Position numbers and translations under genes: made by a program | Source of the DNA: Raillietiella orientalis | Taxonomy: Eukaryota | Assembly: GCA_036172245.1 (NCBI GenBank) | Contig: JAYWIR010000025.1 | Coordinates: 1,922,001 to 1,986,000, forward strand | Reading direction: 5' to 3' | Length of the DNA: 64,000 nucleotides | Shown here: positions 23,100 through 34,200 of the stretch, one piece after another | Layout: each line of letters starts with the position of its first letter | Position numbering within the stretch: the first letter of the stretch is position 1 | Notes under the pieces: generated by a model | The model's input: only the letters and a program-made list of their open reading frames with translations | Database searches by the model: none | What the model was told of the DNA's origin: nothing

Positions 23100-25950
23100 C
23101 CCCTGTGACGCAGGAGATGATGGAGTTTCCCTTCATCATCCAGCCTTGCTGCGTTTCGCACCTCCAGGAAAGACCTTCGGGATTCCGGTCAGAAGGCGTC
23201 GCATGCTCCCGATGGGCATTGGCACCGCACCGGCAGGAGCACCTCTGGGAAGATGACTCTGGGAAGTTTTCGGACACCTCGTTGGCGCGAGCTCTCGAGA
23301 ACGGCTGGGACGGGATGAAGCCCTGGATCGAGATAACAGTACCATTCCCTCTTCCCCTCCTTTCGCGCCAGACTGCCAAAGGTGACCGGGCTGGAAACAA
23401 CGCGATTGCCGTGGCAACTTTCCTCGCAACTGCCTGCAGAGAGAGCTTCCCCCGCGTATCACGTGGATCGCTTCTCGAGGTTCGTTTCTAAAGCAGCAAG
23501 CGGCCTTCATTTAGCCGCTCCAAGATTCTTGGTTCCCGTGTCAGAGGCGGACGAGCCGGAAGATCATCGTGTCAACAGGTTTGCGAAGACGGACTGCATC
23601 CCTTCCTTATGCGACCACGGCGGCGCGCCCAACCCCCACAGAATGGGTTTCCCTTGCTTCCTATGCCCAAGGCACTCAAATGTCTCTTGAAATGGCCATC
23701 GACCGAAATTTCCGCCTCTACAAGCCCTCGGCTTGTCCTAATTTCCTGATTGTAGGGTCCGATGGGCATCGATCTTGTGTTCTTCTGCTCGGTCGATTTG
23801 CTCATCCGTGGCGCCTTCTCTCACCACGTGACCCCACTGCCGGTTCCGAAGCAGTTCGCAAAAACTAAACTCCCACCCTTAGAAAAGACCACTCTTTTCC
23901 AGGACGCGAGTGTCAGCAGTTGCGGAGCGTGACATGGGGAGCCAGCAGCAGGCGCAAAATCCCGAAAGTCGACTTTTTTCGCAGCATCCGATCAGCGTCT
24001 CCTATATATGGGGACTAAAATTGAGAAGCGGCAATCAGATGTAAATTACGTGGTCACCACTTGCGACAAAGCCTGGTATCCAAGGAGATGGAAGGGAGAG
24101 GGGAGGCACTTCAATAAACGCAGGTCACCAAGAGAGACCAGAGGCTATCATTGGGCAGACGAGACATCCCCTGTCCATCCTAAAAACTCCGATTTCTGTC
24201 ACGTCGCTCCCCATGGCATCATGCAAGCCTCTTTAGTATCTTCGCAAACAGTTGACATCAACGATCCTGGCAGACTCCTCAGTCCGCGGTCAAAAACGCA
24301 GGATATAAAAGAAGGATGAAGATGCGTTTATCCGCTGACCACGGATCCATCCGGATGAAGGTCGGATCCAATCTCTGCGTTCTCTTTCATCGGTTCTCGC
24401 TATTTCAACGTGTGCTGTTACAAAGCTAGCGGCCGCCTCGCAGACGCTGTAGTCACATTTGCTCAAGGGCACCCTGTCATCAACCAGACACCGGGCATCT
24501 CCGATAGCGTCGAAGCTCGGATCAACCTTGTAATATGCGGAAGATAAACGGGACTTTGGTAAACGAACCAACTCTCCTATGGCTCGCACAGGAACGTTCA
24601 GCCTTCCCTTCCCCTCAGGACCGCTTGCGGGAAAGATCGGAGTCGGTGAAACGAAAAGAATTCCTCCGCATCAGTCCGCACACGTCGAAGGTGTCAAAGC
24701 TCACACAACGCTGCTCGATGAAGCCGCTATTCGCACTTGGGATTCACCTCATCTGACATAGACGTTAGCAGCGTTTCCTCGAGCGTCTTGCGAAAGGTGC
24801 ATGAGGTGCACAAGGTGCACGGATGAATGGCAAACACTCCGACCTCAGTTTCCGGAGCGGTCCACTCACACATGCTCACGTTCACAATGGAGGAGAGTGA
24901 AGCACGTTTCCTCGTTGAACGGAACTTCAGGCAGCAAACTGTGGACGTGACAAAGGTAAGAATCAGCTGCAAAAAAAAGAAAAATCCATCAGATTTCCAT
25001 AATCAAATGAGAATGAGTAATGATCCAGTGCAAAGATCGAATATTCTGAAATTTACCCGTTCTCCTTTAAGAACTGTGGAAGTGCATCCGCAACAACACA
25101 GTCAGGCCCCTTGTCGCCACATGTCCTTATCAAAAACCATTGAGGATTGGGGCTGCACTTTTGTAAGCCGTGCCGAGCGTTTCACGTTCACTCTGGCTCT
25201 GCGTTTCTCACTTGAGTCAAACGTGCCCGCGGCTTTACACGGAGTACGCATTCCGACGTCATTCTTGTGGACGATCCCGTGGTCCATGCGTTCACGTTTC
25301 GGTGTCTTTTCCTTTTGACCGGGGATGTGCTGATACCTCTTGGCTTCGGCTCATCACGTGCAGAGTTGCCTTCGGGATGAATCGCTTGCCGCCTCTGAGC
25401 CTCACAGAGTCCACGGCGCTAAAAGCATTGCAGACGATGCTGTGTGGTGAAAACAAACAGTTAAAAACCAGAGAATGTCTTGAACAAACCTCCTGCCAAA
25501 GCACCTTATGGACATAATGTAGTATGTATGCATCTACACACCAGATAAAAAGGTGCACCGACGGACAAGCCCAGGAACTTGACGAAGCGTCTCTTCGTGA
25601 GCGACACCCTTTCGTCTGGAGCATCCCCAGCAGCTCTTCGCTGCCTACGTGGGATTGTGGCGGCCTGGAGCTACACGAGAGGAGGACGACACGATAAGGA
25701 CGCCATCTGCTTCTCCCTGAGCTTCGTGAGGACGGCAGCTGGATGACCCCACCTAAGGGATACTCAGATGGAACTTACCGGCATTCTGGAAAGGATGTAG
25801 AAGAGACCCTCCAGCGGGCAGTGATCCTTTATCGTGATCCCCAGAGTCTTTTTTATTATTTATTTTTATTGTGTTTTCCCCTTTCCCTTCCGCTGCCGAG
25901 GTGAACCTCGCCGGCCTGCGTGAAGGTTACGCGGCAGGTTTCGAATATTT
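23100..25950 (+). mobile_element. Decayed LINE-like element (gag zinc-knuckle relic followed by ORF2 relic), tentative
   Basis: 23480-23690 encodes ...GLHLAA...EDHRVN...CIPSLCDHGGAPNPHRMGFPCFLCP*, resembling the terminal CCHC knuckles of R1/I/Jockey-type ORF1. An ATG follows the stop closely. DCGG...HLLL occurs near 25650-25720. A T-rich tract and a hairpin (25904-25940) lie at the 3' side. Boundaries are approximate. Confidence 0.35.
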
Positions 25951-25979
25951 TCGGATGATATAGGGCTGATGGACCTACA

Positions 25980-27400
25980 CATGTATGTTTATTATTTTTA
26001 TAATAAATGCCCCGGCGTTACCGAGTGTTAAACTAAATAAAAAGGCATATGCCGTATGTGTTAGTGGTGATAAAATGACCCCAAGGCAAAAGCTAAATGG
26101 ATCGTTCCTTGTTGAACTGCTGTCCTCCACCAACACCTCTTGCAGGAGTAACTTCAAGCGAAGACTGATGGACTTTTGATACAGTCAGTCCATTTGTACC
26201 CTCATAGGACACAACTGCAGTGCTTCGCGAAACCATGCCTTGAGCTTTATCGTCCATGTGCATCCAGAGATATTCTTCCATCAGATAAAGCACCAAAACC
26301 ATTTTATCCCCTGATGTGTCTTCAGCAACGTCCATTTGACTTGCCCTTCTGTGTTCCCGCACCTTTTTTCTATCAGATGATACATTGAGCATCTTGGAAA
26401 TCCTTATTCTCAGACAGTTGTGCCTGAACAGGAATTCTTCGTAGCTCCTCGTCGATTAGAGCTCAGAATCCTGCTTCTGGAACATCTTACTCATCTTACT
26501 TCTGGAACACCTTTCTTTTCATCAAGCAGCTCAGACGAGTCATCCGCTGCTCAAATCCCATCCTCCGCAAACACTTCGAGATCCATCGTTTCGTCCATCT
26601 CAGGCATCGAGAGTGTATCGTGTGCTGTAACTTTCCTTCTTTCCTGGTCTATGATCTCTTCTCGAGCATCACGTATTCCACTAGTTCCACAAGATCCCTC
26701 TGCAGAGTGTTCAAGCACAAATGCAGAATGCCTCTGGGCGCACTTACATTGTCAAAGAAGGGGGTTCCCAGCATCTTAACCTTCTCACGAATTTTCACGA
26801 GAATTTCCTCCCAGACTTCGAATATGTAGAAGATCCTCCCCGCGAAGGCCGTGTGTTGCTCGGTGACCACACCAGCTTCACGACTCGATCCGGAACTCGG
26901 AGTTCAACCCGGAATTCTCGTGGAACATTGTCAAGTGAGTGAAATCCCCAGACAAATTCAGTGTCCAGTTTCCTGAAGAATAACGCAGATAGTGAAAAAC
27001 AGTGAAAATTAGTGACAGTGACAAACGTTTGTGAAAGTGAAAGGAGGAAATAAATTCACCCCACCGCAAGTCGGACTGGGGAAAACCCGAAGTTCTCGTG
27101 GTAGTCAGGGTGGTACTGAAGCTTGCCACGGAAACCACAGGACCATTTTGCTCGTTCAGCCACTTGAGATTCTTCATCTTTTGTCTGTTCCTCATTTACT
27201 CCACGCCAGGAGCCACGTTGCAACGCTGCAGGATGGGATCCTCTGAATAACTGGAGTCTCCGAGCAATTTTTCAGCTTTCGTTTCAGCTGACTCGTCCAG
27301 CAATGACACGAACAGCTCCATATTCGTCGGAAATTTCCTCTATAGCCGAGCTTCCCCTTCTATGAGGTCACAGCACCCCTGTTCCCGCTTCGTCACGCAA
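25980..27400 (-). mobile_element. Decayed transposon-derived ORF relic with PHD-finger-like remnant (pogo/DDE-1-type C-terminus?), tentative
   Basis: The minus strand reads DAQCII* ... KWFWCFI* ... EYLWMHMD, a C-x2-C...W..C..C..W.H pattern with TGA where Cys is expected. It is preceded by an acidic/charged tract and followed by AVVSYEG...V.KV. No DDE domain or TIRs were identified. Confidence 0.35.
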
Positions 27401-28015
27401 ACGTTTCGCGTAAAATACTACGTCCACAAACCGTCACGAGAAATGGCCGCCGAACAGAACTTGATAGAGGGAGGTCCACAAACGGCGAAACAGTTGTCAA
27501 ATTGAAATCAAACTGTGATCTGCATGTTTTGGTCCTGCTGCTCCCATACTAAATGTGCATCCTGTCCAGCAGAGAGGAAAAAAAGTCGTTTCCTTGTACT
27601 CATGAATTCTTCACATATCGACACGAATCTTTTCTCCTGAAACGACCCTCATTCTAAGAGAAGTTGAATGATGACTCCCATTCTCTAGAAGCGTATGACA
27701 ACATGCTCATGGAAACGGGATGTTCAAGGGCACCCACGAAGCCAAGTTCCTACCAGCACTTGCCCTCCACCGTATGACGTCTAAGAAAGAATAAATTGTA
27801 TTTTCTACATAAGTCAGAGAGTGCTGATCCAACTTTGTTGATTTCTCGTTAATGACCTATGTACCTGGGGTACATGTGCATGTAGAATTAATGTCCAATT
27901 ATGAAAGCGAATTACATGGTGCAAAATCCAATACAGGTGCTACCTTGATGAAATTCATCACTTGAAATCTTGGTCACGAGTGTCTGAAAGATGAGAGCCG
28001 TTTCCATGTCTTGCA

Positions 28016-28148
28016 CTGGACCTTCCCCGGCATCCCTGCAGACGTCTTTCCTTGTTTTTTCCCTTGTTTCGTTTTGTTTGATCCCCCTCCCTCCCCATCC
28101 AACTGTGACCGGACCACCAAGTGTACTGCTGCTCACCTTGGGGTTACC
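28016..28148. repeat. Direct repeat of about 130 bp, copy 2 (pairs with 22919-23050)
   Basis: Alignment by eye with copy 1. Confidence 0.95.
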
Positions 28149-28884
28149 TCAGCAGCCTTGCCTGTGGCAGGACCCTCCCCTTCCCATATCCGTAAGCATA
28201 GTTCTCCACTAAAAATACATCCTCTTCCAATCGTTTCAGCCTGTTTCCATCTTGAGTTTGTTCTCAGCAAAGTCCCTGTACGTACCTCCTTTCGGAAGCT
28301 CCACGGTTCCAGCTTGGGCGTAATAGCCGTCTCCACAAATCGCACCTCGTCCGATGCCCTCAGCGCAGCGTTTCGGAAAAGCATGAGACAGCATAATGTC
28401 GCGCTCGGTCGTTAGATGGTGGTGGTAGCTCACAGCTGAAGCCATCCGCCGAGCGTGCCGCCTAGTCGCAACGCGTTCCCCTCCACGTAGACCGGCTGGG
28501 TCGGCGCCGAGACCCAATGGGTACAGCAGAAAGAAAGGGAAACTGCAAAGGGAACGCGCGCTGGCTCCCCAGTCTTCGAGGCGACTTAATGTTGGCTCTT
28601 GACGTGGGTCCCCGTGACCCTCGCGCTCCAAGGCTACACGTGCCAACGCACTGCTGCTCCTGCTTGCCTGCCGAAAGCCGCACAATGAGCACGCGTTGGA
28701 GGCGAATGCGTCATCGAATGAGCGCCTGTTTGGTGGGCACCTACGCTTCGGTCTGGTCGCACGGGCGCCTTGAGTCGGTGTAGTGGCAAGATGTAATCAA
28801 TGTCCATGACGACATCGATCCTTTTTGTAAGTGTTCCCTTTTATCTGATGAAACTGCATTTTTCTTCTTCTTCTTCTGGTGTTT

Positions 28885-28920
28885 TCTCTCTCTCTCTCTC
28901 TCCATCTCTCTCTCTCTCTC
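28885..28920. repeat. (TC)n microsatellite, interrupted
   Basis: tctctctctctctctctccatctctctctctctctc. Confidence 0.9.
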
Positions 28921-31249
28921 ATAATCTGCCGAGCAAGTTCATGCCGCTTTCCTATGCTTTCGTGATAGATTATCATTCCTTGGCGACGTTTGTGCCTGGA
29001 GAGGGATATTTGGCCGATAGGGAATGAGTCGTAGGACCTCGATATTTCTGGAGGTTGTTGCACTTTAGAGCACTCACCAACGATGCAAAGCACGCGCAGT
29101 GCTTCGGTTTTGCCGTGCTCACTTCTTGCACCGATTCGAGTCGCAAACCAACAGCAGTTCCGCTGTGCTTTCTTGAGAAGACCTTACGGGAGAGGGACGC
29201 GATTGCCCGAACCTTTTTGGGGGTCGAAAATTCAGGCGAGTCGCCGACGCGCGGTTCCCCCCCTCAGGGCGCATCGTGTCACGTGCACGCGCTTCACGTG
29301 GATGTGCAAGGAAACCGTAGGTCTCCCTTGGCCACGAGTCTCCACGTTTACTTTGTGTGCTGCCGGTTCCCGTCGGGCGGACCCCATGGTCCTCCAGTGC
29401 ATGCAGACACACGTTCGTGCCCTATTCGCTTCAGACGTAATTTCTGGAGCCCCCAGCTTCCGAATTGCTTCGTGTTTCCGTGCTCGGCTTAGCGCTCGGG
29501 GCTGCTCCCTTTCTTCGTGTGGGTTCGCACCAAAAGTGTGCGGGGCGGCTCTTCGCTGCCCTGTTGCCGACGTTTCTTGCGTGGAATGCCTGATTTCGTA
29601 ACCCACGCGAATCAGATAACCTGGGGGAAGGAAGCAGTTACGCGAGCTGAAGATGCTTATCGCATCGAATTCAAAGCGGGCGATGTCTTCGTCGCACCCC
29701 TTCAGATGGAGGAACACCAGTGGCGGTGGTCCATCGCTCCGACTCCCCCATCGCGAGGTTCGCTTCTGCCCGGTGTGTTTGTTGTTGGTGCTGCGAGATG
29801 GCTCTTTGTCTGATCTGACTAGCGAGATGACGCGAACTCTGTGCGGCTTAAGCTCTGTGTGACCAGAGGCTGGGTTTTACGATCAGCCAGACTGTTGGGT
29901 TCCCGGGAAAACCCACTCAGAAGAGCATTCTAGAGAGGTTGGAAAGGGGCTTGACCAGCGACAGAACGGCGCGCCAGGCCGCCGCGTGGGCGGTGGCACC
30001 ATGGATGCTCTGCTGTCCTGCTCTGGGTGTGGATGTCTCCACGTGCTCCAAACCTTGCCCGTGGTTACGCATGGAGATTTTCAAGTACTGCTCTCCCGTT
30101 CCAGGGACGGACAAGCGGTGCGTCTGCCGCGTGGTTCTCTCGTTCTCGCGGACGGGGGAGAAGGTGCTCGAGAACCCCTGGTTTTTTTTTTCTTTCTTTC
30201 TTTTCTTTTTTTTTTTTGGCCCATGGAGCTTTTCTGCGATTCGGCTTCTGCACGGCAGCTGATCTCGCCAAAGCTGAGCGATCACTGCTCGTTGATGATC
30301 GGAAGACAAACTGAGATCACGCCGTGATGGATGGAATTCCGGACTCCGCGAAAATTTCATCCCCCTGCCTCGCGGCGACTTTTTTCCCTGCGCTTTTCAG
30401 GGAGCACACATCAGGAGTTGCCACACACACCGAGCGGTGGCAAACCCGGAACACGGAAGACCAGCAGAGCGATCGAAGTTCCAAGTTTGTACACCCCCCG
30501 GGTGAGGTTTTTTCGGGAACTTCGCACATAATTTTTCCCTGATGGCGGTGGCTGCGTCCAGCGCCGACAGGAAAACAAGGCTGCACGAGTTTCTTCCGCG
30601 TTGATAAATCGTGCGCCGGTTGCAGAAGGTTCCTTTCATCGTTCTTCATCTTAAGCAGTCTTGAAGCATCGATTCCCACGAATTGATGAAGATGGGATTT
30701 TCGAATGGAGTGGGAGGAGGGGGGGAGCGCTTTCCTTTTCCCTTTATCGGAGCGCTCGCCGATTTCTCATCCCAAGAGGTCATCGGGATATCTGAAGATA
30801 TCCGATCTATAAGAGGGATCCTTGAATGCATTTTGGGAAAAGACCGGGAAAACTTCCTTCCTTCATATGAGGTTCCCCTGTCTTTCCCTCTGTGTCTTAT
30901 ATGGCGGTTTTCTGTTTCAGTTGCGTTCAGCTCGAAATCGAAAGTGGAGGAGGCGCCGACGATCCTAAGGACAGATGTTTTTTGTTTCCATGAGGTTCCT
31001 TTGGATCCCATTGTTGAAAGAAAAGAAAAAGACGACCCTCCTTGGTGGGACCATCTCCATCCACCGGACAAGCTGTGTGGACGAAAAGCTTCACAGATGA
31101 TGAACCCTCCGCCAACCCTTCCGCTTTCGATGGATCTCAGCGACGGGAAGCCCCCGGCAAAGTACCTGTTGAAAAAACTCTGCGCCGCCGTAAAGCGTGT
31201 GACGAACTTTTTTATCGATTGCCGCCGCGTTAGAGCAACCAGTCACACC

Positions 31250-34200
31250 ATGGTGCTCCTGGCGGTGATCGGGCTTTTCTTCCTTTGCCACGCCTTCTAC
31301 TCCGTGTCTTTGAGCCGAAGAGGAGGGTGGGAGGAGACCGCCGTGAACAACCGCCCGATCATAGGTAGGGCCGTTTTCTAATTGCGGATCGCCTTCGATC
31401 TTCGTTTCGAAATTTCGGGAACCTTTCGGACCAGCGGCGCGCGAAATTTTTTTTTCTCCCTCTCTCTCTTTTTTGCGGGGTAGGGGGGGGGGAGATCAAA
31501 AAGTTCGCTGAAGGAAAGCGCAAAATCGATATGGCGCTGTGTGCGGCGAGCGCGCGCGTGTAGGTCTGTGCGCGTTCCCTTTTGATGCTCGAGTCGTCCC
31601 TCTCTTCGCAAGACGGGAATTTGAGAGGGTCCGTAAGTTCTCCCCCGCGTATTTTGAGCATCATAAGTGAACCGAGGTGAACTTTGCTTCGAGAGGGTTC
31701 ATCTCCGCGCCTTGTTTCGTTGGAAGGAATGGACCGAGGACCTCCTCCCGCCGTTTCAACATCCGACGTAGCGATTTCCAAGATGGCCCTTTCGTTCCCA
31801 CATGCCCAGCCGGGGAACCACCTGGATCGATCCGTCTACGCTTCGTAACCTACGGCGACGATGAACCAAGGTCGAAGAAGCAACGGGTGGGGAGTTTCAC
31901 ATGGGGCACGCACCTGGGCGCTGGAAAACTTCCCAGGGATGTCCGGCATGCCGAGTAACACCCCGAAGAACGCATGCAGTCAACGCCAATGGCGAATGGG
32001 AAATCTCGAGTTGCGCCTCGGAGAGGGAAAAAAAAATGGCGGTTCGCTTTTTTTCCTTTCGTAAATCCCTTGTGCGACGAAGAAAGTGAGGTAAAGCACG
32101 TTGAACCAGTTGCAGGAAGGAGGGGAAAGAGAGTTGTGGTTTGCCGGAAGCTGAAAAGCGGATGCAACCCCAAATGCTTGCAAGGCGACTTGTGCCCCTG
32201 ATTTGCACCTCGGGGCACGCGCTCCTGAGTAATTCCAAGTCACGTACGCAGTCGGCCGCCCGCACCGCCACGGTACTATGGCGATAGGCGTTCCGGCAAG
32301 AATCCGGTCGCCCTCGATAGGTCACCTGGGACCTTTTCCGACGTGCTCGCGTTCGGGACGGACGAAACTGGAAACATTCGCTCCCCCTTCGCGTGGTGAA
32401 GATGACCAGTCCCGCGAAGGTTCCGTCCCGGTGGACCTTCTCCCGCGACCGCACGACTTCCCCGTACCCGTTCGAAATGCGTCCACGTGGAGCACCGTCA
32501 GTCCTGACCTCCAGACCCCGACGGCCGTCGGCGCGTGCTCGCAGAGGGCATCCTCCCGTTTAGGAGCAGTGATCGATCATCTCGTCGACGAGATGGTTGA
32601 TCACTTCCGGACTGTCCGCAAAGACGGAGAATCCCCTGACCAACGACGGAATCTCAATGATGCTGAGGACACAGAGAGTTGCACTGGTTTTCGCAGATGC
32701 ACTGGAGGTTTAGAAGGAAGCTGAGGTTAAATTCCGAGACCTGTTCCCTTTTTTTTTTTTTTTTTTATTAAATCGAGACAAAAGCCATCTGGAGTAGCAG
32801 TCTGACAGGAGCGATTTGTCCAGCCCTTTCTATTCTTTTCGCTCCTCAGTCTTTTTCCGCCCTCATCCAACCGGAGTTTTAAGAAATGATTGATTGTAGC
32901 CACACGCCCGCGTTGGCGGCTGTGTTCCGTGATACCGAGCGTTGCGGATTCGAATCCCGTGGTGGATGGACACCGAGAAGTGCGTGGTGCATCATAGGTT
33001 TCGGGTCCTCCTCCGCAGGACGGTGGCCATGGAAGTCGGAATCCTCTAAGGAGTGTGTAACGACCCACCTGCCGAAGCAACTAGCCCTGAAAATGGATGG
33101 CGCTCAAGCGTCGACCCTATACCCAACCGCCGGGACAGAGCCGTTCCTGCCTTCCGGGCGCGTTCCGGAGGACGGCAGGTTCCGGCGAGTCGGAGGGTCG
33201 CGACGGTGCGCGCGGAAGGGTTTGGGAGCGAGTTCGCCTGGAGCCGCCGTCGGCGCAGATCTTGGTGGTAGCAGCAAATACTCCAGTGAGATCCTGGAGG
33301 TCTGATGTGGAGAAAGGTTCCATGCGAGCAGCCTTTGAGCATGGTTCAGTCGATCCTAAGTCCTCCGCAGGATGACGCTGGTTGGCCTGCAGGCTTCGGG
33401 TGCGGCGGCACCGGTGGAAACCGGATGCCCCTACTGACAGACCGGAGCTGGGAAGTTGGCCCTCCGGAGCCCTTCCAGTTTCCTCTCCCTCTGTGAAGAT
33501 GGAGCCGTGCCATCGTGCATACCATGGAGCTGGTTAGCCCCCCCCGGGGGGTTGCATCTCCAGAGTGTCAAGAAGCGCGCTGCTCCCTTCAGAGAAATTT
33601 GGGGTCGTCCCTTCGGGGATGTCTTAGGAGGAGGAGGCAAGGAGTGGATCCTTTCCGGAATTCCCTCCGGAGAAGAAATGAGGAAGAGATTCCCTTCCAG
33701 ATCCTCTCCCAAGAGTAAAAAAAAAAAAAAAAATGTGCGGACAGCAGCGTGTGGGCGCGCGTTGTCGTGAGGGCGACCAATTCCTGATGTCAGCATTCCA
33801 CGACGTCGGTTCTCAATGGCACGCCGCCGTGTTGAAAGTCTCTACACAGTAGAATTGCGAAATGATGGTTGTTCCAGGCTCCACAAAGTACACCGAAAGC
33901 ACACCCTTTTGGTCCCACACACTGCTGTCCGCACATTCCAGACAATTCGGAAATTCAAATATGAAGTTTTTGACCACCCGGCCCTGACCTCGCGCTCAGT
34001 GACTACCACGTCTTCGTGCACCTAAAGAGGTGGCTCGGCGATTCGAAGGGGGAAGTGGGGAGTGGAAAACTGCGGTGCTGCTGAACTGGCTGGACGCCCA
34101 GGTGGCGGAATTCGATGCAGAGGGTTGAAAAAAACTCCTTCCACGCGTTCGAAAGTGTTTGGGGAAAAATGATGACTAAGTAGAAAAATGACATGGGGAT

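Noticed and set aside
26270..26380. In-frame TGA at Cys positions as possible selenocysteine codons
   Set aside because: They are accompanied by TAG/TAA stops and frameshifts, and no SECIS-like structure is evident. Ordinary decay explains them.
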